From positions 640,001-704,000 of the forward strand of contig CAVSGM010000011.1 in the NCBI GenBank assembly GCA_963727485.1: a DNA stretch of 64,000 nucleotides. Direction: 5' to 3'. Origin of the DNA: an uncultured delta proteobacterium. GTDB lineage: Bacteria; Myxococcota; Myxococcia; SLRQ01. The translations under genes were made by a program, and so were the position numbers. Of this stretch, positions 43,686 through 54,797 are shown one piece after another. The notes beneath the pieces were generated by a model. It had not been told where the DNA came from. It worked only from the letters and a program-made list of their open reading frames with translations, and made no database searches. The first letter of the stretch is position 1; each line of letters starts with the position of its first letter.

Positions 43686-44531
43686 ATGGTCGCCCTCGTA
43701 TTCCTGCTCGTCGCAGGCTCCGTGTTCTTCTTCACCCTGGTGGTGGCCTCCGTCCTCCACCGGGCGTACGAGAAGTACCAGGAGCGCTACGTCACCCAGG
43801 ACATGCAGAGCTTCACCGAGGTTCTGCTCTTCGTCGACGCCCGCAGCCTCTTCATCCTCTCCTTCTGCTTCGCGGCGCTCCTGCTGATCAGCGCCGTGGT
43901 CGCGGGGATGGGGTGGATGTTCTGCCTGTTCACCACGGTGGGTGCCTTCATCACGCCCATCCTCCTGGTCCGGCACTACCGGGCCAAGCGGATGAAGACC
44001 TTCAACACCCAGCTGGTCGACGCCCTCCAGGCCCTGGCCAACGCCTTCAAGGCCGGCCTCACCTTCCCCCAGGCCATGGAGCACGTCTCCCGCGAGGCCG
44101 CCAACCCCCTCGGCCAGGAGTTCGCCCTCTTCGTCAAGGAGATGAAGCTCGGCGTGCCCCTCGAGGAGGCCCTGAAGAACATGGGCCTGCGGGTCGGGTC
44201 CGACGACCTCGACCTGGTGGTCACCTCCACCAACATCGCCCGGCAGCTCGGCGGCAACATGGCCGAGATGTTCGAGACCATCAGCGCCACCATCCGCGAG
44301 CGCTTCCGCCTCGAGGGCAAGATCGACGCCCTCACCAGCCAGGGGAAGCTCCAGGGTTGGATCGTCGCCGCGATGCCGGCCCTGCTCGGGGTGGTGCTCA
44401 ACTACATGCGCCCCGACCTGATGCAGCCGATGCTCAACAGCGCCTTCGGCGTGGTCCTGGTGGTGGTCATCATGATCTCCGAGGCCCTGGGCATCTTCAT
44501 CATCCGCAAGATCGTCAACATCAACGTCTAG
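43686..44531 (+). CDS. tadB: Tad inner-membrane platform protein TadB (T2SSF family)
   Basis: QLVDAL..LANAFKAG, PLGQEF, GGNMAE, TIRER, ALTSQGKL. Confidence 0.9.
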   Translation: MVALVFLLVAGSVFFFTLVVASVLHRAYEKYQERYVTQDMQSFTEVLLFVDARSLFILSFCFAALLLISAVVAGMGWMFCLFTTVGAFITPILLVRHYRAKRMKTFNTQLVDALQALANAFKAGLTFPQAMEHVSREAANPLGQEFALFVKEMKLGVPLEEALKNMGLRVGSDDLDLVVTSTNIARQLGGNMAEMFETISATIRERFRLEGKIDALTSQGKLQGWIVAAMPALLGVVLNYMRPDLMQPMLNSAFGVVLVVVIMISEALGIFIIRKIVNINV

Positions 44532-44582
44532 GCCCCGGGGGCCTCGGAGACGTCTCCCCGGTCCGACGACGGGAGGTAATCG

Positions 44583-45461
44583 ATGAGCAACATCATGGCG
44601 ATCGTGGCGGTGCTGATGGCGATGGCCGCGGCGTTCCTCCTGTTCTACGGGATCTACGAGGGCTACCTCCGGCACTTCTTCGAGGAGGTCCAGACCCAGG
44701 ACGAGCGCTCGCTGCTGAAGTCGATGCAGAAGGTCATCCTGAGCCGCCTCGGGGTCATCAACCGGCGCTTCATGACCCAGCGCTACGAGATCCGCATCCG
44801 GCAGACGCTGGTGAAGGCGGGCGATCCGGCGGACATGAAGCCCGAGGAGGTCCTCGGCCTCCACGAGATCGGCGCGCTCCTCGGGCTGATCGTGGGGTTC
44901 TACGTCTGGGCGCTCACCAGCCTCGGGTTCTGGGTGGTCATCGTCACGGCGCTGCTCGCGGGCCTCTACCCGGCCATCTGGCTCCGGGACCAGGTCACCA
45001 AGCGCCACTTCCTCATCGCCCGGGCGCTGCCCTACAACATCGACCTGCTCACCCTCTCGGTGGAGGCGGGCCTCGACTTCACCGCGGCGCTGGCCAAGGT
45101 GGTGGAGAAGGGCAAGCCCGGCCCCCTCAACGACGAGTTCGCCCTGGCCCTGCGCCAGCTGAAGATGGGCAAGACCCGCGAGCAGTCCCTGCGCACCATG
45201 ATCGAGCGGGTCGACCTGCCGTCCCTGACCAGCTTCCTCACCGCCCTGATCCAGGCCGACCGCATGGGCACCAGCATGGGCAAGGTGCTGCGCATCCAGT
45301 CGACCCAGATGCGCATCGAGCGCACCCAGCGCGCGGAGAAGCTGGCCAACGAGGCGCCGGTGAAGATGCTCTTCCCGCTCATCGCCTGCATCTTCCCCAC
45401 GGTGTTCATGGTCCTCTTCGGCCCCATCGTCTTCCAGTTCATCTACGGTGGTATCCAGTAG
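44583..45461 (+). CDS. tadC: Tad inner-membrane platform protein TadC (T2SSF family)
   Basis: LP..IDLL..SVEAGL, IQADRMG, AEKLANEAPVKMLFPLIACIFP. Confidence 0.92.
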   Translation: MSNIMAIVAVLMAMAAAFLLFYGIYEGYLRHFFEEVQTQDERSLLKSMQKVILSRLGVINRRFMTQRYEIRIRQTLVKAGDPADMKPEEVLGLHEIGALLGLIVGFYVWALTSLGFWVVIVTALLAGLYPAIWLRDQVTKRHFLIARALPYNIDLLTLSVEAGLDFTAALAKVVEKGKPGPLNDEFALALRQLKMGKTREQSLRTMIERVDLPSLTSFLTALIQADRMGTSMGKVLRIQSTQMRIERTQRAEKLANEAPVKMLFPLIACIFPTVFMVLFGPIVFQFIYGGIQ

Positions 45462-45470
45462 CGACCTGCC

Positions 45471-46874
45471 ATGGCGTTCACGCTGAAGATCACGGCCGGC
45501 CCCGGCGCCGGCCAGACGCTCAACTTCGACCAGGACGAGGTCACCTTCGGCCGCATCGCCGAGAACGACGTCGTCCTCTACGACCCCAACATCTCCCGCC
45601 GGCACTTCCAAATCCTCGAGGACGGCGGGCAGTACGTCCTCAAGGACCTGGGCTCGTCCAACGGGACCCGGGTCAACGGGGCCCGGGCCGATGAGCAGAT
45701 CCTCGACGACGGGGACGAGATCTCCGCCGGCGAGGCCGTCTTCGTGTTCTCCAGCCAGCAGGCCCAGGTCCCGGCGCGTCGGCCCCGGACGGCGACGCCG
45801 GCGACGCGCGGCGAGCAGCGCCCCGCCCGGCGGGGTGCCGCCGGCGGCCAGGCCCTGGCCCGACGTGGGGCGGGCGGGGCCATGGCCCGCAAGACCGCCG
45901 AGCCCCCGGCCCCGGTGGATCCCTTCGCCGGGATGTCCGCCCGGGAGCGGTTCCGGGCCCGGAAGGCGGCCGAGACGCCCCTGGGGCGCCTGAAGTTCTG
46001 GTTCCAGCGGCAGCCGAAGAATCGCAAGATCCTCCTCGGTGCTGGCGGTGGCCTGGCGGTCCTCCTGATCCTCGGCCTGGTGGTGAAGGCGGCCGGCGGC
46101 GGCGGCAACGTCATGGCCGGGTTCACCGACTACAGCCACCAGACCATCGACCTCTCCGGCGAAGCCACCCAGTCCGCCTTCGGCTACGGCGTCGACGGCA
46201 TCGACTTCCAGGCCAAGGAGAAGGTGACCTTCCGGTTCCGCTATCTCGGCGGCCGCGCCACCCTCTACTACGACGCCGGGTGGATCGACACGCCGACCGA
46301 GGTGGAGATCCGGGTCAACGACGAGCACATCGTGGGCGACGCCCCGGTGGCCATCCGCACCTGGGTCCGGGGCAACCAGCTGGTGCTCCCCTTCAAGTTC
46401 CTCAAGCCCAACGACTTCAACACCATCACCTTCGACAACACCCGGAACCCCGGGGCCAACCCGCCGGAGACCTGGGCCGTCGCCAACGTCCATGTCACCG
46501 AGCATCCGCTCCCGGATGCCGATCCGGAGGTGGCGAGGACGAAGTTCCAGCTCGGCGAGAAGGCCTACCAGGACCGGCAGATCAGCCCCAGCAACCTCGC
46601 CCGGGCCTGCCAGTACTTCGTGGACACCCGCGACTACCTCGAGCGCCTGCCCACCAAGCCTCCCCTCTACGACGAGGCCGTGGCGCGCATCAAGGAGTGC
46701 CGCAAGGAGCTGAAGGGACAGTTCAGCAAGCTGCGGTTCACCGCCAAGCAGTACGAGAACTTCAACCAGTACGATCAGGCGAAGGCCACCTATCAGCTGA
46801 TGCTGAAGTACTTTCCCAGCCCCGACGATCCCCGGCACACGGAGATCAAGCAGTGGCTGGATCAGCTGAACTGA
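45471..46874 (+). CDS. FHA-domain bitopic membrane protein with periplasmic beta-sandwich and TPR-like domains
   Basis: FHA (FGR, ISRRH, DLGSSNGTRVNG), basic linker, TM segment, beta-rich region, TPR-like C-terminus. Confidence 0.85.
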   Translation: MAFTLKITAGPGAGQTLNFDQDEVTFGRIAENDVVLYDPNISRRHFQILEDGGQYVLKDLGSSNGTRVNGARADEQILDDGDEISAGEAVFVFSSQQAQVPARRPRTATPATRGEQRPARRGAAGGQALARRGAGGAMARKTAEPPAPVDPFAGMSARERFRARKAAETPLGRLKFWFQRQPKNRKILLGAGGGLAVLLILGLVVKAAGGGGNVMAGFTDYSHQTIDLSGEATQSAFGYGVDGIDFQAKEKVTFRFRYLGGRATLYYDAGWIDTPTEVEIRVNDEHIVGDAPVAIRTWVRGNQLVLPFKFLKPNDFNTITFDNTRNPGANPPETWAVANVHVTEHPLPDADPEVARTKFQLGEKAYQDRQISPSNLARACQYFVDTRDYLERLPTKPPLYDEAVARIKECRKELKGQFSKLRFTAKQYENFNQYDQAKATYQLMLKYFPSPDDPRHTEIKQWLDQLN

Positions 46875-47005
46875 GCGCCCAAGGCAGCAGCCCGGGGGAA
46901 CGTCGCCCGCGGCCGGCACCAAGCCGCCGCCGAGCGTGCGACAACCGCGTGAAATCTCTTTGACATGCTGCGCCGGTAAGCATTTACTGGCGCACCGCGT
47001 CAGCC

Positions 47006-48568
<1,563 letters not shown>

Positions 48569-49770
48569 TAGGGGTCGGTCGGGGCCACCTTCATCGCCGC
48601 CTCCTCGGCGGCCATGGCGCCCTTGGGGTCGCCGGTGGCGTTCTTCAGCTCCGCCAGGGTGTCCCAGAGGCCGGCCTGCTTCGGGGCCTTGGCCAGGGCC
48701 GCGGCGGCGAGGTCCCGGGCCCAGGGCAGGAACGCCTTCTCCTCGAAGCAGAACCAGGCGACGCCGTTGACCGCGTCGGGGGTGTGGTGGGCGTCGGCGA
48801 GGTAGTGGGTGAGCTCGGACTTGGCCCGGGCCGCCTTGCCCTGCTTCCACCAGGCCACGGCGAGCTGGAAGGGCACCTCACCGGCCTGGGGGCTGTCGGG
48901 GAAGCGGCGCTTGAGCTCGGTGAGGACCTTCACCGCCGCCGGGTAGTCCTTCTCACCGCGGAGGTAGAGGTACTTGCCCAGGACCAGGTAGGCCTGGGCC
49001 AGGAGGGCGTCGACGTGGCGGCGCGCCTTGACCATGTCGCCCTTCACGTCGTCCCGGATCTGCGAGAAGTCCCCGGGGCCCCCGAGGCGGCTCACGTCGG
49101 CGGCGCCCCGCACCCCGGCCTCGGCGCCCCCGGAGAGGAGGCGGTCCATGGCGAAGATCCGGGCGAAGTGGCGCTTGGCGGGGATCACCTCGCCGCGGAC
49201 CGCGTAGCGCTCGCCGACCTCCTCGGCGAGGTCGAGATCCATTGGATGCGCCAGGGCCTTCTTGGCCAGCACCGGGAGGGTCCCCTTGCCCTGGCGATAG
49301 TCCTTCATGGTCTTCAGGAACTGCGCCGGGGGCTCGTAGCCGAAGATCCGGTCGATCTCCTTGCCGGTGCTGTCGAGGAAGAGGACGGTGGGGTAGCCGA
49401 CCACGTGGTAGCGCTTGACCACCTGCGGCCCGTCCCCCGCCTCGGCGTTCACCTTCACCGCCATCCAGTGGGCGGCCTCGGTGCCGACGTCGTCGCGGGT
49501 GTAGACCTTGCGGTCGAGCATCTGGCAGGGCCCGCACCAGGTGGCGTAGACGTCCACCATCAGCGGGCGGCCGGCCTTGCGGGCCCGGGCGAGGAGGGCG
49601 TCGAAGTGCCCCGTCTCCCAGTGGACCTTGGACACCGGGTCGTGGGCGCCGCCGGCGTGGGCGGCGGCAGGGGCGAGGAGGGCGACGGCCAGGGCGAGAG
49701 CGGTGCGCATGACCCCGGAGCATGGTCGGGGGCCGGGCACCGGGTCAAGCCCGGGCGTGCGCCCGCCGGG

Positions 49771-50418
49771 TCAGCGGCGCAGCGGGGTCACCAGGGTGAC
49801 CTTGGGGCCCTGGTGCCGGCGCAGGCCGTCCACCAGGGTGGCCAGGCGCCGGGCGAGGCGATCGGTCCCGGGCAGGAAGCGGATCGCCAGCCCCCCCGGG
49901 GAACCGGGCTCGCGCCGGGCGACCTCCCCGGGGATCCGGATCCCCAGGACCCGCCCTGGGGGCCGGAGGGTGACCACCACCGGCTCCCCGGGGTCGAGCT
50001 GGGCGGGGGTCCGGAGGAAGAGGCCGTGCTCGGAGATGTCCTCGGTGACCTCCTCCCAGACCAGGTCGCCGGCGCGCAGGCGCACCCGGAGCTCGGCGGG
50101 GACCCGGCCGGCGTGGCGCTCGATCCACTCGATGGGGCGGCCCGAGGCGTGGGCCAGGAGCAGGCCCCGGACGTGGCGCTCGGTGGAGAGCAGCTCGAGG
50201 CCCAGGCCCGGCGGGAGGTCCGAGGCCCCGGCGACCCGGCGCCACGCCACCCGGCAGCGGGTGCGGAAGGCCTTGCCGTCGCCGAAGCGCAGCTCCACCG
50301 GCACCTCGGTGCCCACCGCCAGGTTCTCCCGGGTGGGGACGAAGAAGCCTCCGAGTCGGCCGTGATCGAACCAGTCGGCGAGGAGCTCCGCCGGGCGGCG
50401 GTACCGCACGACGATCAC
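49771..50418 (-). CDS. Tandem PilZ-domain protein (myxobacterial TIGR02266-like)
   Basis: GGFFVPT...VAWRR...GLGLEL first repeat; second repeat has RHAGR (RxxxR) and DISEHG (DxSxxG). Confidence 0.82.
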   Translation of the reverse strand: MIVVRYRRPAELLADWFDHGRLGGFFVPTRENLAVGTEVPVELRFGDGKAFRTRCRVAWRRVAGASDLPPGLGLELLSTERHVRGLLLAHASGRPIEWIERHAGRVPAELRVRLRAGDLVWEEVTEDISEHGLFLRTPAQLDPGEPVVVTLRPPGRVLGIRIPGEVARREPGSPGGLAIRFLPGTDRLARRLATLVDGLRRHQGPKVTLVTPLRR

Positions 50419-52400
50419 GGCGTGACGATCTCCAGGCGCAGCGTGGTGTCCATGGGGCCGGTGGCCGAGCCCTTGAGCACGTCGTGGCTGACGTAGAGCT
50501 GGGTGCCGTGCCAGGCGGCGTGGGCCCAGAAGCCGGCCGCGCCCTGGGTGTAGAGGTCCTGGCGGGTGAAGGTGGTGTCCCCGGCGCCGCGCTTCGAGAG
50601 CTCGAGGTCGCCGGTGGTCCCGTTCTGGTAGGCGACGAACCAGACCCCGCCGTGGATCAGCAGGGCGTTGTCGTTGCCCACCAGGGTGTTGGCGTCGGTG
50701 GCGGGGTCCCGGAGCCCGTCGTCGACGGTGCCGCTGTCGCTCACCGTGCCGTCCGAGGCCACCACCGCGTACTTCACGCTGCGGGCGCTGGTGTCCTGGA
50801 AGGCCACCACCAGGTTGCCCGAGCCGTCGATGGCCGCCGAGGGGAAGCGCCCCTGGTCGGTGCCGCTGCCCCCGGCGATGGTCTTCACCGTGCCCTTGGT
50901 GCCCGTCGCCGGGTCCACGCCCAGGGCCACCTTGAGGGTGCCGTCGGTGTGGTCGTAGTAGGCGACGTCGAGGTTCCCGGAGCCGTCGACCACCAGGCTG
51001 GGCATCAGGCCCACGCCCTCGGGGAGGCCCTGGAGGCTCGAGGCCTTGAGCTCGGTCTGGCAGGTGCCGCCGCCGCTGCCATTGTCGACGCAGGTCTGGC
51101 CCGAGGCGCAGGCGGGGCTGCAGGCGCCGGAGGTGGCGGTGCAGGTGGCGCCGCTGCCGGGATCCACGCAGACGGTGCCGCTGCCGCAGCTCCCGCCGCA
51201 GGGGGGCGGGGTGATGGCGCCGGTGTCCACGGTGACCAGGTCCCAGTCGGAGGCGCTGGTGGGCGCCGGACTCTTCGCCCGGGCCACCTTGAGGGCGGTG
51301 GTGAAGGCGTCGTTGCCGGTGCCGCCCACCTGGAAGTAGGCGATGACCGGGTCGCCGGCGCCGTCGAGGGCGATGCTGGTGTACTGGCCCACGTCGCCGG
51401 CGTCGTCGACGGTCTGGGTGCTCCAGCTGCCGCCGCTGCGCCGGGCGTACTTGAGGGCGCCGTTGTCCACGTCGTAGTAGCTCACGTGGAGGGTGCCGTC
51501 GGCCGCGGCGGCGATGCCGGTGAACCGGCCCACGTCGGGGCCCGGATCGGAGATGCCGCCCCGGGGGCCGTTGGGATCGGCGACCACGGTGCCGGTGGCG
51601 GGCACCCCGTCGACCCAGGTGGTGCCGGTCTCCTGGCCGGTGGCGTCGAAGGCCACCACCACCAGGTCGCCGTGGTCGCCGTCATAGGCGCTCACGTAGG
51701 CGCTGCCGTCGGAGAGGACGGCCAGATCGCTGTGCCGGCCCACGTCCTTGGCGGTGAGCGGCGGCAGGGGCTCGCACTTGCAGGTGACCTTCCCGAAGTC
51801 GCAGGTGTCGTCGATGTTGCCTGCCGGCTCGAAGACCGCGAGGGTCCCGGGGTCGCAGGTGACCTGGCAGGCCTTGGTGGCCTGGCAGCGGTCGTTGGAC
51901 ACCGAGCAGGCCTGGCCCTGGGGGCAGCTCCCGTTGCAGGGGTTCTCGCCCACGCACCACCCGGCGAAGCAGGAGAGCCCCGCGCCGCAGGCGCCGCTGG
52001 CGTCGCAGGTGTCGAAGGTGCAGACCTGCTGGTCGGAGCCGTTGACCGTCTTGGTCTTGCACACCTGGCCCGCCACCGTGCAGTCGGTGTCGGTGGTGCA
52101 GGTGTCGTACTTGTCGAGGCAGATCCCGGCGCGGTTGCACACCTGGCCCGGGCAGCACTGGTCCTCGCCGGAGGTGTCGCAGTAGCGCGGGCCCTTCACG
52201 CAGGTGTGGTCGGTCTTGTTGCAGGTGTACCGGGAGCCGTGCTGGGTCTGGCACTCCTGGTCGGTGGTGCAGCCGGTGCCGCCGTCGTGGGTGGTGTGCA
52301 CGGGGGGTTGGCCGCAGTCACAGCCGCCGGCGAAGCTGGCGAGGGCGAGGGCGGCGACCAGGCCGAGTCGTGCGACGATGCGCGTGCGAGTGCTTCCCAT
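50415..52400 (-). CDS. Cys-rich surface lipoprotein with beta-propeller-like repeats
   Basis: Lipobox FAGGC; many CxxxxxC repeats; repeated VD...DVG..(T/P)S(I/L)A and HVSYYD...LKYA blades. Confidence 0.82.
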   Translation of the reverse strand: MGSTRTRIVARLGLVAALALASFAGGCDCGQPPVHTTHDGGTGCTTDQECQTQHGSRYTCNKTDHTCVKGPRYCDTSGEDQCCPGQVCNRAGICLDKYDTCTTDTDCTVAGQVCKTKTVNGSDQQVCTFDTCDASGACGAGLSCFAGWCVGENPCNGSCPQGQACSVSNDRCQATKACQVTCDPGTLAVFEPAGNIDDTCDFGKVTCKCEPLPPLTAKDVGRHSDLAVLSDGSAYVSAYDGDHGDLVVVAFDATGQETGTTWVDGVPATGTVVADPNGPRGGISDPGPDVGRFTGIAAAADGTLHVSYYDVDNGALKYARRSGGSWSTQTVDDAGDVGQYTSIALDGAGDPVIAYFQVGGTGNDAFTTALKVARAKSPAPTSASDWDLVTVDTGAITPPPCGGSCGSGTVCVDPGSGATCTATSGACSPACASGQTCVDNGSGGGTCQTELKASSLQGLPEGVGLMPSLVVDGSGNLDVAYYDHTDGTLKVALGVDPATGTKGTVKTIAGGSGTDQGRFPSAAIDGSGNLVVAFQDTSARSVKYAVVASDGTVSDSGTVDDGLRDPATDANTLVGNDNALLIHGGVWFVAYQNGTTGDLELSKRGAGDTTFTRQDLYTQGAAGFWAHAAWHGTQLYVSHDVLKGSATGPMDTTLRLEIVTP

Positions 52401-52537
52401 GGTTCACCCTCCCAGGGCGGCGGGGCGCGAGCGGCCCCGGATCCGAAACATTGTACCGGGCCGGTGCCCTGCCCCTCAAGCGGCCCCCGGCCCGGTCCCC
52501 CTGCCCCCCGGCGCGCCGGTGATCTAGAGTGCGCCCC

Positions 52538-52891
52538 ATGTCACGGGTGGTGGTGGTGATCGCCTCGGGTCCGGAGCACGAGTCCCGGGCCCACGAGGGC
52601 CTGGCGCTCGCCCGGGCCATGCACGAGATCGGCATGCTCGAGGAGGTGCGGGTGCTGCTCACCGGGCCCGGGGTCCGGTGTCTCGACCCCGACGCCGCCG
52701 ACGCCGATCGCCTCCGGGACGACCTCGAGGGGCTCTTCGAGGCCAGGGTCCCGGTGGCCGCCTGCACCCGGAGCCTCTCGGAGCACCGGCTCCTCGACGC
52801 CGTCGCGGACCTCGAGGCCCTGCGGCCGGTGGGCGCCCCGACCTTCCTCTCGGAGCAGGTCCTCGCCGGGGCCCGGATCCTCACCTTCTGA
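52538..52891 (+). CDS. DsrE/DsrF-like protein
   Basis: VVVVIASGP...GLALA...VRVLLTGPGV...VAAC...ILTF pattern. Confidence 0.75.
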   Translation: MSRVVVVIASGPEHESRAHEGLALARAMHEIGMLEEVRVLLTGPGVRCLDPDAADADRLRDDLEGLFEARVPVAACTRSLSEHRLLDAVADLEALRPVGAPTFLSEQVLAGARILTF

Positions 52892-52973
52892 TCCGGCCGG
52901 GCGGGAGGCCGGCGGGGGAGGGCAGGGCCGGGATCGGTTGCCCCCCGGTTGCCCGGCGTCCTACCGTGGGCCC

Positions 52974-54719
52974 GTGCATCGCCTGGTGACAGCGGCGGTG
53001 GCGATCGCCCTGGCGGCGCCGGCTTCTGCCCGGTCCCCCTATCGCCCCTGCGCCCACGCCGCCTCGGTGGTGGCCCGGGACCTCACCCCCGGGGCCGGGC
53101 CGAAGGATCTCGCCGCCCGGCCCCTCTACGAGCTCGAGCTCACGGTGCACCACCGGGCCGGCGTCTTCCGCCTCGAGGGCCGGGAGCAGGTGAGCTTCGC
53201 GGCCACCGGTCCCCGCCGGCACGTCGTCCTCCTCCTCCCGGCGCCGTCGCATCACGGAGGCCACGGGCCCCTCACGGTGCTCAGGGCGGCGGCGGCGGTG
53301 GGCCAGGGGAAGCCGCGGAAGGCCGCCTTCGCCCGGGGCCGCGGGCGCATCACCGTGACGCTCCCCCGGGCGCCGAAGGTCGGCGAGCGGGTGGCCGTGC
53401 GCCTCCGGCTCCACGGCCTGGTTCCGAGGACCGCCGGGGGGCTCCTCGGGGCGGTGCAGGGCTACCTCCACCAGCAGGCCCTCGGCGGCACCGTCCTCTC
53501 CGACTCGGACACGGCCAGCCTCCTCTCGCCGGAGCTCCTCCTGCCGCTCCGCCGCCACGGTGCCCCCTGGGTGGTGCCCGAGGCGGCGTTCGGGGCCCCG
53601 AGCCCGGCGCCGGTGGCCTGCCACCTGGTCACCGTCGACGCCCCCGGGGACCTCGAGGCCATCCCCAGCGGCACCACGGTGGGCACGGTGCCGGGCAAGG
53701 GCGGGCGGGTGCGCCACGTCTTCGTCGCCGCCGGGCGCCGGGTGGGCCTGGTCCTGGCAGCCAAGGGCCAGTCCCGGGCCACCCGCCACGCGGGGAAGGT
53801 CGAGGTGACCGGCGTCGCCGGGGACCCGGGGACCGCGACCTCCCTGGCCCGGGACGGCGCCGCGGCGCTGCGCACCCTGGCCCGGCGCCTGGGCCCGCTC
53901 CCCTGGAACCACCTCACCGTGGCCGTGGGCCCCGTCTCCGATCCCCTCGGGGGGAGCCGGGTGGGGGGCCTGGTCCTGGTGAGCCCCTACCTCGACCAGG
54001 CGCAGGGCTCGCTCATGGGCTTCGGCGCCTTCGGGGGCGGGATGATGCCCCCGCCCACGGAGATGGTGGTCACCCAGCAGGTGGCCCGGCAGTGGTTCGG
54101 GGAGGTGGTGGCGACCCCGGGGCCGGCGGCGCCGGTGGTCGAGAGCCTCCTCGCCGGGGAGGCCACCTTCGAGGCCGTCCGGGATCGCCACGGGACCGAC
54201 GCGGTGGCAGCGATCCGGCGCATCGCCCTCGCCGGTGCCTACTCCATCTACCGGAGCCTCGGGGGCGCCGACGGCCCGGCGGATCGTCCGGCGGCGGCCC
54301 TCAAGGACGTCACCACCTGGGCCGGCCTCTGCGGGGCCAAGGCCCTGGGCGTCTTCGGGCCCCTCGACGCGCGCCTCGGGCCTGCGAAGGTGGCGGGGGC
54401 GGTGGACGGCCTGGCCCACGCCCGGCGCTTCGGGGTGGTGGATCGCGCCGACCTCACCCGGGCCCTGGTCGCGGCGGCGCCGAAGCAGGCCGCGCGGATC
54501 CACGTGCTCCTCGCCCACTGGCTCGACCAGGCCCACGGCGACGCGGACCTCGGCGGGCCCAACGGTGCTCTCGGGGCGCTCTTCCAGGGTCTCCCGGGGA
54601 TGCCCGGGGGGCGGGGCGGCCAGGTCCCCGGGAACCTCCCGGACCCGGCGCAGCTCCAGCAGATGATGCAGCAGATGGCCCGGCAGCTGATGAAGCAGAT
54701 GCAGGGCGGCGGGCCCTAG
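52974..54719 (+). CDS. Exported M1-aminopeptidase-fold protein lacking the HEXXH zinc motif
   Basis: Signal peptide; LGPLPWNHL; VVTQQVARQWFG where HExxHxWFG is expected; Met/Gln-rich tail. Confidence 0.7.
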   Translation: MHRLVTAAVAIALAAPASARSPYRPCAHAASVVARDLTPGAGPKDLAARPLYELELTVHHRAGVFRLEGREQVSFAATGPRRHVVLLLPAPSHHGGHGPLTVLRAAAAVGQGKPRKAAFARGRGRITVTLPRAPKVGERVAVRLRLHGLVPRTAGGLLGAVQGYLHQQALGGTVLSDSDTASLLSPELLLPLRRHGAPWVVPEAAFGAPSPAPVACHLVTVDAPGDLEAIPSGTTVGTVPGKGGRVRHVFVAAGRRVGLVLAAKGQSRATRHAGKVEVTGVAGDPGTATSLARDGAAALRTLARRLGPLPWNHLTVAVGPVSDPLGGSRVGGLVLVSPYLDQAQGSLMGFGAFGGGMMPPPTEMVVTQQVARQWFGEVVATPGPAAPVVESLLAGEATFEAVRDRHGTDAVAAIRRIALAGAYSIYRSLGGADGPADRPAAALKDVTTWAGLCGAKALGVFGPLDARLGPAKVAGAVDGLAHARRFGVVDRADLTRALVAAAPKQAARIHVLLAHWLDQAHGDADLGGPNGALGALFQGLPGMPGGRGGQVPGNLPDPAQLQQMMQQMARQLMKQMQGGGP

Positions 54720-54797
54720 GAATCCGGCGAGAGAAGCAGAACTACGAGCTCCAACCCCGGTGACTTGTCGGGTCACTTGATCAAGTAGATTCGATAC

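Noticed and set aside
42504..46922. 1472-aa minus-strand ORF
   Set aside because: Antisense shadow of cpaB-tadB-tadC-FHA; no motifs of its own.
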